Position numbers and translations under genes: made by a program. DNA of 64,000 bases from Rebecca billardiae RCC1528 (taxonomy: Eukaryota; Protista; Haptophyta): NCBI GenBank assembly GCA_965240325.2, contig OZ251222.1, positions 4,402,001 to 4,466,000 on the forward strand. The letters run 5' to 3'. Positions 19,868 through 31,440 of this stretch are shown in pieces; positions within the stretch are counted from its first letter, which is position 1; every line of letters starts with the position of its first letter. The notes beneath the pieces are model-generated. The model had not been told where the DNA came from. It did not search any database and saw only the letters and a program-made list of their open reading frames with translations.

Positions 19868-22800
19868 TTATGACGACTGGCCGCGCGCCGGCGACGCCGC
19901 GGACACCGCTCGCGCCGGCGGAGCGCGGGCGCCAGCCGGGCTCCGGCTTGGCCTGCGCGCCGGCGATGACGCAGCGCCGTGGTTCCTGTCGATCCACAGC
20001 GGTGGTCGCGCAAAGTAGGCGCTGTGCCCCGCCCTGCGTGGTGCCGGCGCCGGCATGTCGTACGCGCCCATCGCCGTCCAGTGGAACCCCGCGCTCTGGT
20101 GCTTCCGCCGCGTGGGCGACGGCGCGAGGCGCGAGTTGGTGCGCGGCAGCACGCCGCCGATCGGGTGCCCGTAGGCGTCCAGCTCGTGGCTGTGCGCCCT
20201 CGAGTTGCTCGCCCCCGTCGAGTCTGGCCGCAGCGCGTACACGTCGCCGGAGGCGACGCGCGAGTGCACGGCGCCGTCGCCCGCTGGCGGCGCGGCCGCG
20301 CTCGTGCTGAAGCGGTGCGCGTGCGCCTGCCCTCCAGGCGACCACGCGCCCGACGCACCGCGCGACTGCGAGCGCTTGTAGAACACGTCCGCGGCCGACC
20401 ACGCGCCCGACGTGCTGCTGCTCGCGCGCACGCTCGCGCAGTGGGTGGCGGCCGTGTTTGGCTGCGGCGCGACGCGCGTCGGGCTGCGCGCGCCGAAGAT
20501 CTGGCTGCCGTAGTTGGACGAGGAGCGCGTGTCCGAGCCGACGCTGGGCGGGCGGTGCTGGTGCAGCGCGGCCGCGACAGACAGCGTGATCAGCGGCGCT
20601 GGCCTGGGCGCGGGCGGCGGCGAGACCTTGGCCATCCGGCCGCGCGAGAGCGGCAGCGGCATGAACTGATCGGAGGCGCGCCCACTCCGGCCCGCCGAGG
20701 ACTGATCGGAGCCGCGCGCACTCCGGCCTGCCGATGGCTGATCGGAGGGGCGCGCACACCGGCCCATCGCTGTGTCCTCCCGGGGCAGCCCGGGCAGCGC
20801 CGCGCCGCGGAGGCAGGAGCCGCCCTGCTCGGCCGCCGAGGCGGGCTCGCCGGTCAGCCTCCGGAGGCGCGCGCCCACCGCGACGCCCGGGCGGACGTTG
20901 GGCATGGAGCCGACGACCGAGCGCTCGAAGGGCGCCGGGTTGGGCGGGCTCGGTGTGGCCTCCCGCGCGCCGGCTGAGGCGGTCACGTTGGGCATCGAGC
21001 CGACGACCGAGCGCCTGAACGGCGGCGGCGTCAGCATCGCCGTGATCGTCGCGCGTGGGCCGCGCCTGCCCAACGACCGCCCTTGCGTGAAGCTGCCCGA
21101 CGCCTCGTCCGCCGGCGCGCACGAGCCGGCGCCGAGCGAGTAGGCGCCGCTGGTCGGCGCGTCGGCGTCGGCGGCGGCGGGCGCGGCGCCGGGGCCCGAG
21201 CGCGCCGAGCAGGCGGAGCACCGCCCATCCTTCGACTCTGGCACCGACATCGTGCTCCCTCGGCGTGAGCTCAGCTCGCGGATCAGCGCGAGCTCGTGCG
21301 GCACGAACAGCCCGCCACCGCTCGGCTCGCCCTCCCGCGCCTCCGGCCCGCGCACCTCCGGCTCGCGGGCCTCAGGCGACTCACGGCGCGAGCGCTCGGC
21401 AGAGCGCTCGCCCTGCCACGGCGCGCGCAGGCGGCGGCCCGCCTCCGGCGTGGCGTCCTCCTCCCACAGGAAGCTCGCGATCGCGCTGCGCAGCATCGCC
21501 TGCACGCTCGCGTTGAACGCGTCGGTCGCGCCGCCGTCGTCCGCGCCGCCGCCGAGCCTGGCGTCCGGCGGCGCAAACGTGGCGGCGATGAGCGCGTTGA
21601 TCATCTGCTTGTCCGCCTCGACGGTCGCCTGCGCCGTGCGCGCGTCGAAGGCGGAGAGCGCGCTCTGCACGCGCGCCAGGTCGGTGCGCACCGCGTGCCG
21701 CAGCGCCTCGAGCTCGTCCGGCGCGATGGTCAGCTCGAAGCGCACGCCTTGCAGCCAGCACTGCACCACCTCGTACAGGCACCACACGCGCGTGAGGCAC
21801 ACGGGCGCGTCCCACGGGTCTGCGCGCGGCGGCGCGGCGCGGGCGCGCCGAGGGCGGGGCGGGGCGCACCCGATCAGCTCGGGGCGGCGCCGGGCGCTTG
21901 GGCGGCGGCGGCGCGCGCAGTTTGCTCGGTGCACGCGCGGTGTGCGCGCAGCGTGCGCGCGGTGCACGACGCGCGCGCACCGAGCACCATCACCACGCGG
22001 CCGACGGAGCGCTCGATGGCCCCGATCTGTGCCACCTCCGCCTCGACCTCGTGCTGCCGGATGCCTGCGGCGTGCGGTGGGGGGCGGTAGGGGGAGCAGC
22101 ACGGCGCGCGCGCGCACGGGCACGTGGTCAGGCACGCCGGCGCGGCGGAGCCAGCCAGCGCAGCGCGCGCGGCGGTGCGCCCACACAGGCCGACGCGCGC
22201 GCGCGCTGCGCCGCGTGCGCAGGCCGCTGCACAGTGCACGCACAGAAGATGTCGAGCCAGAGGTACGTCTGCTCCGCGCCCAGGTTGTGCATCTTGAGGT
22301 ACGCCAGCACCGCCGAGAGCATCTTGGCGAACGAGCAGCACTGCGCGTGCGAGATGAACTGCACAACGCACAGCGCCCGCAGCCGCGCGCGCGCGCGCGG
22401 CGGGCGGGCGGAGGGCGCGTGAGCCGGCTGCAGGCGGGCGGCGGGAGCCATCGAGGCAGGCGTGGCGCAGACGCGAACCGCGCGCCACACGAGCAGCGCG
22501 CGCGCACCAGGTTGGCCTCGGCGACCGCGGCAACGCCGTCCTGCGTCTGCGCAGAGGCGCACATCTCGGCGATGGACCAGCCGGCCGACGAGGCGGTGAG
22601 CTCGCGCACGGACTGGGCCACCTCGAGCGTCGTCGCCTCCTCCGGAATCTCGCGCGCCGAGATGAACTCGTCAATCATCGCGAGGCTGACGCCGAGCAGC
22701 AGGTGCGCCGGCATGGGCCCGGCGTCCGGGAGGCCCGTGTCGCGGATGATGATGGGCGGCTTGGGCCGGAGGCTGCCCTTGCGCACGCGGCTGTCGGTGG

Positions 22801-24247
22801 GCTCGTCGTACGCGACGAGGGCGGAGAGCTTGAAGCCCATCCACAACTCCCGGAGCGCAAGCAGCGCGCGGCGCAGCGGCCCGCGCAGCACGCGCACGCC
22901 GATCGGCCGGAGCAGCGCGCACTGCGCGTGGCTCACCGCGAGCGCGGCGGCGACGTGCGCGCCGAGCAGCGCGTACCGCGCCCACGGGAGGTAGTAGGCG
23001 AAGGTGAGCGCGGGGAAGCCGGCGACGAGCGCGACCACGCGCAGGATGACGACGTGCTGCATCGTGTCCACGAGCCGCTCCGACAGGAGCCGCGGCAGCG
23101 AGCTCGCCTGGGCGAGCGCGCGCGCTCGCGCCCACCACCACACGAACGGCGCGAGCACGCACAGGTCCACGCACAAGAAGCTGAGGCGCAGTAGCGCGAT
23201 GAAGGTCACCGTGGCGTGCGCGGCGCTCGCAAGCGTGCCAAGCACGGTGCACGCGAGCACCACGAGAGCGGGCCACAGCGGACTCGAGCGCGCCTCGGCG
23301 CGCACGCAGCCGCAGCGCGCGCCCGGCGCCCGTGGCGGCTCGGGCACGCGCGAGAGCCGCAGCGAGGCGAGGCCCTGCGACAGGCTCAGGCGCGAGAAGT
23401 ACAGGAGAAAAAGCACGGCGGACAGCAGCGCGAGCCACAGCGTCAGCGCATGCAGCGCGCACGCCACCTCCGCCGGCAGCCAGCCGCGCGACAGCTCGGG
23501 GTCGACGGCTAGTAGCAGCACGCGCCCCGTGTTGGCGGCCAGTTCGAGCAGCAGCATCAGCTGCGGGATCGAGCCGAGGCGCACGCCCCGGTCGGCGTAG
23601 ATGAACGCCTCGAGGCGGAATGTCGCGAGCTCGATGACGACGCACGCGCCGAGCGCGAGCACGCCCTGCCACACCGACCACGCAGCCGAGACGTGCATGC
23701 GCGCCCACGCCGACGGCATGAGCGGAGTGGCCGCGAGGCGCGCCGTGGGGCGCTCGCCGCGCCGCAGCAAGCTGACGAGCGCACCGACCTCGGCCTGTTG
23801 CACGTCGACGACGGGCAGAAGGCCGCCGCCCGCGACGGCGCCTCTGCCGCCGAGCCGCCACATCAGCGCCGCGTGGCCGGGCACGACAGAGAAGTGATCT
23901 TGCCACGGCTGGCGAAGCAGGAGCGCCGCTGCACCGGCGCGCGCGGCCTCCGCGGCGAGCTGCTCGAGCGTGCAACGAGAAGCCCGTGGCGAGTCAACGA
24001 GGACGAGCGCCCCGTTCATCACCGCAGGCTCGGCTTCAAAACGCGGTGGGCACGTCGCCGCTGCGAGCGAGACGGACACGAGCGGCCCCGACACGTCAAA
24101 CGATGAGCGGCGTGCGAACGCATAGGGCTCGGCGAGCAGCGTGTGGTTGGCGGACCAGCTCGGCGAGTCCGTAATGATGAGGACGGCGCGCACCGGACTC
24201 GCCACGGCGAGCGCGAGTGCCACGAGCACGAGCGCGCGCTGCCGCAT
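19868..24247 (-). CDS. Signal peptide + PA-like ectodomain + 7TM + cytosolic HET/TIR-like domain + long disordered tail; introns 22359..22507, 22065..22243, 21820..21980
   Basis: MRQRALVLVALALAVASPVRA signal; NGALVLVD...CTLEQLAAEAARAGAAALLL...LPVVDV (PA-like); seven hydrophobic segments; spliced domain FISHAQ...YLWLDIFCIRQH...VMVLDPWDAPVCLTRVWCLYE. Confidence 0.7.
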   Translation of the reverse strand: MRQRALVLVALALAVASPVRAVLIITDSPSWSANHTLLAEPYAFARRSSFDVSGPLVSVSLAAATCPPRFEAEPAVMNGALVLVDSPRASRCTLEQLAAEAARAGAAALLLRQPWQDHFSVVPGHAALMWRLGGRGAVAGGGLLPVVDVQQAEVGALVSLLRRGERPTARLAATPLMPSAWARMHVSAAWSVWQGVLALGACVVIELATFRLEAFIYADRGVRLGSIPQLMLLLELAANTGRVLLLAVDPELSRGWLPAEVACALHALTLWLALLSAVLFLLYFSRLSLSQGLASLRLSRVPEPPRAPGARCGCVRAEARSSPLWPALVVLACTVLGTLASAAHATVTFIALLRLSFLCVDLCVLAPFVWWWARARALAQASSLPRLLSERLVDTMQHVVILRVVALVAGFPALTFAYYLPWARYALLGAHVAAALAVSHAQCALLRPIGVRVLRGPLRRALLALRELWMGFKLSALVAYDEPTDSRVRKGSLRPKPPIIIRDTGLPDAGPMPAHLLLGVSLAMIDEFISAREIPEEATTLEVAQSVRELTASSAGWSIAEMCASAQTQDGVAAVAEANLVRARCSCGARFASAPRLPRWLPPPACSRLTRPPPARRARARGCGRCALCSSSRTRSAARSPRCSRRCWRTSRCTTWARSRRTSGSTSSVRALCSGLRTRRSARARRPVWAHRRARCAGWLRRAGVPDHVPVRARAVLLPLPPPTARRRHPAARGRGGGGTDRGHRALRRPRGDGARCARVVHRAHAARTPRVHRANCARRRRPSARRRPELIGCAPPRPRRARAAPPRADPWDAPVCLTRVWCLYEVVQCWLQGVRFELTIAPDELEALRHAVRTDLARVQSALSAFDARTAQATVEADKQMINALIAATFAPPDARLGGGADDGGATDAFNASVQAMLRSAIASFLWEEDATPEAGRRLRAPWQGERSAERSRRESPEAREPEVRGPEAREGEPSGGGLFVPHELALIRELSSRRGSTMSVPESKDGRCSACSARSGPGAAPAAADADAPTSGAYSLGAGSCAPADEASGSFTQGRSLGRRGPRATITAMLTPPPFRRSVVGSMPNVTASAGAREATPSPPNPAPFERSVVGSMPNVRPGVAVGARLRRLTGEPASAAEQGGSCLRGAALPGLPREDTAMGRCARPSDQPSAGRSARGSDQSSAGRSGRASDQFMPLPLSRGRMAKVSPPPAPRPAPLITLSVAAALHQHRPPSVGSDTRSSSNYGSQIFGARSPTRVAPQPNTAATHCASVRASSSTSGAWSAADVFYKRSQSRGASGAWSPGGQAHAHRFSTSAAAPPAGDGAVHSRVASGDVYALRPDSTGASNSRAHSHELDAYGHPIGGVLPRTNSRLAPSPTRRKHQSAGFHWTAMGAYDMPAPAPRRAGHSAYFARPPLWIDRNHGAASSPARRPSRSPAGARAPPARAVSAASPARGQSS

Positions 24248-24412
24248 CTCGCCAGGAGGGTTGGCCGGGATCGAATCGACGGTGAATACGGTAGTGAAGC
24301 GGTTGATGAGTTCGCCTATGATGATCTTCGCCACCCGCAACCGGTGAGATATGCTCGAGATAGTTAACCACGGCTAAAAGGGACACCCTTGCCCGCTTGC
24401 CGTCCGAGGCCA

Positions 24413-25473
24413 CTTCACCGAAATCCAGGCTGGGGAGGCTAAACGCTGCACTGGTGGGGAGGCTAACAGCCTCCCCGCTCTCCCAGCGTGGGGAGGCTAG
24501 CGCTCCGCCGCTCCGGTCTTTCGCCGCTGACAAAACTTTAGAAAACGAAAGTCGCGCCATGGCGGACCCGGTGTTCCCGCGCGGCGGCGAAAGGGGCGCG
24601 GGGCCGGTGGCTCGCGATCCGAAGGGCAGTAGCTCGCGACCTCGCTTGGGCGGCGGCAGTGGCGCTGTGGCCCGGCGTGCACCATCCGCGCGGCTGTGCG
24701 CGATCGCGCGGTCCCGTTCGTCGCCACGCCGCGCGCGACCGTTCACGCCACAGCCTTTCCGCACTGGCATGCACCCCTTGCAAGCGCATGACGGCGGAGA
24801 GCTCAGAGAGCCCGTCACGCGCGTGACGACCGTGTGGGATGGGTTGTACAGCTTGTCTCCATGGTCAGGGAGGCACGCGCCGGCCCACGAGGCGGGCATG
24901 AGGATCATGAATGGCTGCTGTACTGTCCACAACTCCATGGCCGCGCGGCAGGCGATGACTCATCTTGCAGCAGTTAGGAATGGTCTGAACGTTGGATGGG
25001 CTCATCAGAAAGCCTACGAAGGCAGCGTTCACATCGGCACAACCCATCCCACACGGTCGTCACGCGCGTGACGGGCTCTCTGAGCTCTCCGCCGTCATGC
25101 GCTTGCAAGGGGTGCATGCCAGTGCGGAAAGGCTGTGGCGTGAACGGTCGCGCGCGGCGTGGCGACGAACGGGACCGCGCGATCGCGCACAGCCGCGCGG
25201 ATGGTGCACGCCGGGCCACAGCGCCACTGCCGCCGCCCAAGCGAGGTCGCGAGCTACTGCCCTTCGGATCGCGAGCCACCGGCCCCGCGCCCCTTTCGCC
25301 GCCGCGCGGGAACACCGGGTCCGCCATGGCGCGACTTTCGTTTTCTAAAGTTTTGTCAGCGGCGAAAGACCGGAGCGGCGGAGCGCTAGCCTCCCCACGC
25401 TGGGAGAGCGGGGAGGCTGTTAGCCTCCCCACCAGTGCAGCGTTTAGCCTCCCCAGCCTGGATTTCGGTGAAG
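24413..25473. mobile_element. Foldback/MITE-like non-autonomous DNA element: 435-bp terminal inverted repeats (24413..24847 and 25039..25473) around a 191-bp spacer
   Basis: The arms are reverse complements with no mismatch noticed by eye. The ORF track gives identical peptides on opposite strands (for example MATNGTARS... at 24497-24727 minus and 25159-25389 plus). Confidence 0.8.
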
Positions 25474-25501
25474 CACACTTGGTTCAGGCGTGATTGACGC
25501 C

Positions 25502-25558
25502 ACAGTTTATTATACTAAGAATAAGAGACGCACATGTACAGCTCAGGCAGGCGAGATT
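25502..25558 (-). repeat. Reverse copy of the dispersed repeat 3' end
   Basis: Plus strand reads acagtttattatactaagaataagagacgcacatgtacagctcaggcaggcgagatt, the reverse complement of the consensus with two micro-insertions. Confidence 0.8.
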
Positions 25559-26363
25559 AGTATTATATATCAAACCGACTCGCCATGCTTGAACCGTCGG
25601 AACTCGACGACCAAACATGGGGCGGAGGGTCACGAGGGTGAGACTCCCACGGCCGAAGCCGCATGCGCTCGACTCCGGCGGCATGCGCATTGGACATAGT
25701 AGAACATGGACTACCACCCTTGGTAGAACCAGTTCTACATCGACCAGATGGCCGCTCTGGTGTTCGCGAGCATGTGGTGATCTTCCAAGTCTGCGCGCCG
25801 CACCGCTCTGCACGGCGCCCACGGCCCAGCGTTCAGTGCGCGAGGGCTTGCGCACCTGCCCTCGTGATCCAGCTGATGGCTGTGCTGCCACCGCAATTGC
25901 GGCCTCCTTCCTCGTCATAGCGCAACTCTACAGCGTATCATGTCCCACTGGTGCCACTTCAAGAGCCACCTGACATCACCTGTTCACCACCCAAGTACTG
26001 ACATGAAGTAGCTTAAGCAGAATAAGCTGCTTCCGCGGCGCGCCTGCGCCGCACCGATGGCGATGCGTGTCTCTGCTCGCCGCTGAGGCCACTTCCGCTG
26101 CCACCGGCGTCGCATCAGCACAGAACGAGGCGTTCGCCCCCACAACAGCAACGCCCGAGCTAGGGGCTGGCGAGCGAGCCAGCTCTCGAGGCCAGCGAGC
26201 GCCGCGGTGGGTGCTGCGTCGGGCGGGGCGGGAGAAATGGGCGGGTCACCGGGAGAATTTCGCGTCCGGGGATTGATGACTTCCGCTGCTCAACCGCGGC
26301 TGGGTGCAGCGCCGAGCGTGACCCGGCACTGCGGCTGCGGCTCGACGCGCGGGCGCCAGCGCC

Positions 26364-29300
26364 ATGCCCAGCAAGGTGGACGTGAGTGAGAACTCGGCCA
26401 TCGCCGTGGCGGCGGCGAAGAAGGCGCGCCTCGACGCTGGCGACCCGCCTCCGCCCACCCCGAGCCGCGAGGACGAGCGCGAGCGGCGCAAGTTCGAAGC
26501 CGAGGTCCGCGTCTTCCGCCGCATGGAGCTCGAGGCTGAGCGCAAGCGCGTGCGTCAAGAGCAGCGCGAGCAGCAGCGCGCGCAGGACCCGTGCAAGTGC
26601 GGGCGATCGCGCACGCCGGGCCGCCTGCCCAAGCCGCTCACGCTTGGCGGTCCCCGATGCAACCGATGCGTGCCCACGCCGATGCCTGCGGCGGGCTCTG
26701 TCGGTGCGCCAGAGCTGCCGGACGCGCCGATCCTGTACCCGACGGAGGAGGAGTTTCGGTGCGCGCCCGTCGGGGCGTGGCGCCCCCGTACGCGCTGGTC
26801 TGGCTGCCCGCCGCCGCGCCCCCCCTCCGCGCGCGCACCCGCCCAACGCCCTGCGCCCGCGCCGCGCCGCGCCGCACGCCCGCGCGCGCAGAGACCCGCT
26901 TGGGTACATCCGCAGCGTGCAGGCGCAGATCTACACGTACGGCATCGCCGTGATCCAGCCGCCGGCCGCGTGGCGAGGCCCGTGGTCACCCGATGCGCCG
27001 GACCCCGCGCCGGACCCCGCGCCGCAGGGCGCAGCGCCCGGCGGCGGCGCTGCCGGCGCGCGGCGCAGCAGCGGCCTCGCGCCCGCACCCGCGCCACTGT
27101 CGCTGCGCCGCAAGGCGAGCGCCGAGCCGTCGGCGGCGGCGGGCGGTGCGGGCGGTGCGGGCGGCTCCTCCGCGCGCGCGCCTGCGCCGCGCCAGTCCCG
27201 CGAGGCGCGCGACACGGAGCTGCTGCCCCTCGAGCCCTCGAAGAAGGTGCTGAGCGCGCGGCTGCAGACGGTGCGCCGGCGTGAGACAGTCAGCGTGCCG
27301 CGCGGCCGGGCGGACGGCGCGGGCACGAGCGCGGCGCCGACGCTGCTCGCGCCGTTCGGGCTGTGGGTCACGCCGGCGTACCGCTGCCAGCACTCGCTGC
27401 GCGACGTGCGCCGCTTCGACCAGCTCATGCGCGCGGAGGCCTTCCCCGACCACTGCGAGGCGGAGGCGGCGGAGGCGGACGCGTCCGACGAGCCGGTGGC
27501 CGCGACGGAGGTGCCGCCCGAGCTGGTCGAGCACTTCTTCTGGAACTCGCTCGCGTGCGCGGAGGAGGCAAACGTGCTGTACTGGTCCGACGTGCCCGGC
27601 ACCGCATTCCGGGTGAGCCCCGCGCGCGCCGCGCGCGCGCACCTGGGACGCGCTCCGCGCCGCGCGCTCCGCGCCGCGCGCTGCGCGCCGCGCGCGGCTG
27701 GTGACGCGCGCTCGGCTGCGCGCGGCGCGCCCTGCGCCGCTGCTCTGCTGTGCGCGCAGGACGACGAGCGCTCGCCGTGGAGCCTCGCGCGCGTCGCGCG
27801 GCTGCGCGGCTCGATGTTGCGGCACGTGCGCTACGTGATCCCGGGCGTGAACGACCCGATGCTGTACATCGGCATGCTCTTCTCGATGTTCTGCTGGTGC
27901 GCGCCCGGGCGGCGGCAGCGCGGCCGCAGCGATGGGCGGGCGCGCGCGCGCGGCCCGACGCTCGCTGGGCGCCGCGGCGGCGCGTGCGGCGGCGCCCAGC
28001 GAGCGTTGGGCGTGGCGCGGCGTCGCGAGTGGCTGCGGCCGGGGCGCGCCGCGCGGCCGCCCTCCCCGTCCGCGGGTAGCCCAGCTCGCTCGCTCACCGC
28101 CCGCACCGCTCCGCTCCTGCGCTCACGCGGTCGCTCCGATCCGCGGCCCCCCGGGTGCCCCTGCGTCGCCGCCGCCCCGCCGGTCTGTCGCCGGCTGCTG
28201 CTGCCGCTGCCGGCGCCGCTGCCTCCCACGCCGCCAGGCACACCGAGGACAACTACATGTACTCGCTCTCCTACCTGCACGCGGGCGCGGCCAAGACGTG
28301 GTACGGCCTCTCCGCGACGCAGGCGCACGCGTACGAGGCGGCCTTCTGCCGGCACGCCTTCCCTACCCACGTGGGTAAGGACCCGGGCATGGCCTTCAAG
28401 AAGTCGAGCATGGTCTCGCCCGCGTTCCTCGCGGCGCACGGCGTGCTGCCGTGCCGCGCGGTGCAGCGGCCGGGGCAGTTCGTGGTCACGCTGCCGCAGG
28501 CGTACCACGCCGGCTTCTCGCACGGCTTCACCGTCGCGGAGGCGGTCAACTTTGCGACGGTCGACTGGGTGCCGTACGCGCTCGCGTCGATCGAGCGCTG
28601 CCGCCTCTTCCGCTCAGAGTCGGTGCTCGACCTCGAGCACATCCTGCTCGAGGCGGTGACGCGCGACGCGCCCGAGCCCGAGCAGCCCGAGCCGTCGGGC
28701 GGCGCGGCGAAGAAGGAGGGCGCGCTCGTGCCCGACGCGCGCAGGGCGCGGCAGCGCAGGCTGGCGCGGCCGTGGGGGCGCGCGCGCGGCGCGCTGCTCG
28801 AGTCGATGAGCGCCGAGCTGGAAGACCGCCGCCGGCTGCGCTCGGACGGCGACGCGCCGCCGCTGCAGCTGCGGCCCATGGCGTCCGCGGAGCGCGCGCG
28901 CGCGCTCGGCCGCGGGCCTCCGTGCTGCGTGTGCGCGCACGTGTGCCACCTCTCGTTCGTGCGCTGCGCGGGCTGCGAGGACGAGCTGCATGCGCGCGCA
29001 GCGGGCGCGCACGCCTGTGCGCAACCGCCACCCCACGGCGCGGCCGGCGCGCCCGCGGCCTCGCCCGCCGCCGCGCCCGCCGCCGAGCAGTCGAGCGCAG
29101 CCGCCGCCGCCGCGCTGCTCGACGGCCTGCCCGTGTGCTGCCTCGCGCACGCGCACGACTCGTCCCTGTGCGAGCGGCACGCGCCCACGGAGCGCGCGCT
29201 CGTGACGCGGTACGCCGACGAGACCCTCAACGAGGTGCTGCGCATGCTCGCGCCCGCGCACGCGACGGGCGGCGGCGCCGCGTCCGCAAAGAAGCCGGCG

Positions 29301-29564
29301 GCCTCGGGCGGCCGCTCAGGCCGGCCGGCCGCGCCGACCAAGGCCGCGGCGCTCGAGGCGGACCAGCCGCTGCTGCCGCTGCCGTCGCCCGACCCGTGGC
29401 TCAGCCAGGCGGAGCGGCCGCAGTGGGGGCTGCCCGCGCCCATCCACCTGAGCGCGCTCGCGCCGCCGGAGGAGGGCAGCAGCCTGCCGTCGCCGGACGC
29501 ACCCGCCGCGCCCGAGCAGAACAAGCAGCAAGCATCGCAGGCGAAGCGAGCTCGCGCGTCGTGA
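26364..29564 (+). CDS. JmjN/JmjC histone lysine demethylase with C5HC2 zinc finger (KDM5/JMJ-like); introns 26759..26891, 27613..27759, 27897..28237
   Basis: JmjN APILYPTEEEFRDPLGYI...YGIAVIQPP; JmjC [25 protein letters not shown]...KTWYG...YHAGFSHG...EAVNF with the HxE...H iron ligands intact; CCVCAHVCHLSFVRC...CLAH. Confidence 0.92.
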
Positions 29565-30699
29565 CGCACTGACAGTGGTAGCGCTGCGGCTGCCACACAT
29601 CAGAGTACCACCGTCACGTGACTCAGACTGACAGACACGTCCGACGTCGCGTCATCGTCCGCGTCTTAGAGTCTTACTCTTATACGGACTTTCACAGTGC
29701 CGGAAAACTGCTCAGGGTGACGTTTTAAGTTGTCCGCACCACTAGTCGAATCATCGGACAATTCTGAAGCGGTGCGCCTAAATTCGGCGCACCATAGGCG
29801 CGTCGAATCGTGGCACAGACCTTGGTAGCAGGCCACACCTGAGCGCGCTGCGCGCGCCGACGCGCGCTCGGCGCGGGCAAAAAATCATGCGCCGTTGGCA
29901 TTACGCAGCCCCGCGCAGCGCTGTGCTCGAGCTCGGCGGCGGCGAAAGCGGGCGGGCGCACACGGCGGTGCCCGTGCGCGCTGCTCCGAGCGCAGCTGCG
30001 GCCACCCCGGCGGCATACCGCCGGTCGAGGGCACGAAAACCGATTTTTCGGGAAAATGCAGAGCAGCGGCGCCCGAGCGCGCCCGAGCTCGTCGCAGCAC
30101 AGTCTCCTGGTGGCTGCGCCCCGTGAAGCCACGCCACGCGGGGCGCTGGCGTGCGCGTGGCCTGCGCCCACCGTGCGCTGCCCGATCATAGCCGTCGACC
30201 GCTCCGAGCGCCTCACCACGCGTGCTCGAGCCCACCGATACTGACGCCCGAGCACGGTGCCGGCAGCGCTCGCAGGTGGGCGTCGGAGAAAACACGCCGG
30301 CCGAACGAGCTTGAAGCGTCCGCCGCGATGCCAACGGCAGCGGACGACGTGCGCGCCACCTCGGCGCCAGTCGCCCAGCCCTTGCGCGGCGGTGCGGGCT
30401 CGCTCGTTCGCCGCCATCAGCTGCGCGCGCGCAGCCCGATCACTGCCCGCTGGTTCTGTGGTCGAGCAGCTGCGGCCTGCCACGCGCACTGCCGGACATT
30501 GAGCCACAGCGCGAGCACGCGCCTCGTCTGGCACGCGCGAGCACTCAGCATCGTGCGTGGCCACCATGACGCGCCCATCTGCGCCAGCAGCGATGAGCAC
30601 GCCGCCGTTCAGCTCGCATCGGGCTCGCTCGCGACGCAGCAACGCGCGGCCGTAGCGGCAGCAGCGGCGCCGTCGAGCACGCGCAGCAAACAAATATGC

Positions 30700-31440
30700 A
30701 GCGCGGGCGAGTCGACGGTCTGGAAAATGCGCGATCACGCCACAGCAGGCTGGCAGAGCCCGCCCGAGCTGCAGCATGCCGTAGGTGCTGCCCCAAGCTC
30801 TCGACTGCCCGTAAGCGGCGGCATGTGCGGCGGCGCCGGCGGCAGCCATGCTGCCACGCCGTTGCGCGCCGCGGGGCGCCGTCGGCACCTCCGTGGTGAA
30901 GCGCACAGAGCTCGAGCCCACGGGGGCTGGCGACCGTCAAACCGACACCCCATGACGCGGGGCTGCGTGCGCCAGCTGCGCGCACTCCGTGGGCCCACCT
31001 AGCCCGCTCGAGCAGCTCGCCTTGGGTGCGCGCAGCGGCTCGAGCACACTGGTATGCGACGCCTGCCTGCGGTGCCGCCGAGCACATGCGGCCGACGGTC
31101 ACTCAGCACGGGCGACTCGACGGCGGCGAGCAGGCGCGACGGCCTCGCCGCGCCGCGGAAAAGCCTGCCCGGGCTGCAGCACGCCGTAGGAGCAGCCCAG
31201 CGCCCTCCTCCGCCCTCCAGCTTCGGCGCGCGCAGCAGGCCCGGCGGCGGCCATGCTGGCGTGCCCAAGCATGAAGATGGGCGCGGCCGGCCGCGCGGTC
31301 GCAAAGCGCGCAGAACTCGAGCTCGGGGGGGCGGACGGCCGCCAAACTGGCGCGGCAGGACGTGGCACTGCGTGCGCCAGCTGCGCGCACCCGCTGCGCC
31401 CGCGTGGCCCGTGCGAGCGCCGCGCCTCGAGCACACGCAG
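30700..31440. repeat. Diverged direct tandem duplication with a period of about 404 bp; possibly decayed coding sequence
   Basis: Paired blocks gctgcagcatgccgtagg (30769) / gctgcagcacgccgtagg (31173) and ctgcgtgcgccagctgcgcgcac (30963 / 31368). Confidence 0.65.

Noticed and set aside
24247-24340. N-terminal extensions of track ORFs (also ORC3 to 55120, monooxygenase to 4409, LHCs to 46203 and 61301)
   Set aside because: They begin at non-ATG codons or run through UTRs and neighbouring genes; downstream ATGs give proper signal peptides or family starts.
25560-25990. Coding-like fragments next to the foldback element
   Set aside because: Stops or uninformative peptides in all frames; not assignable.
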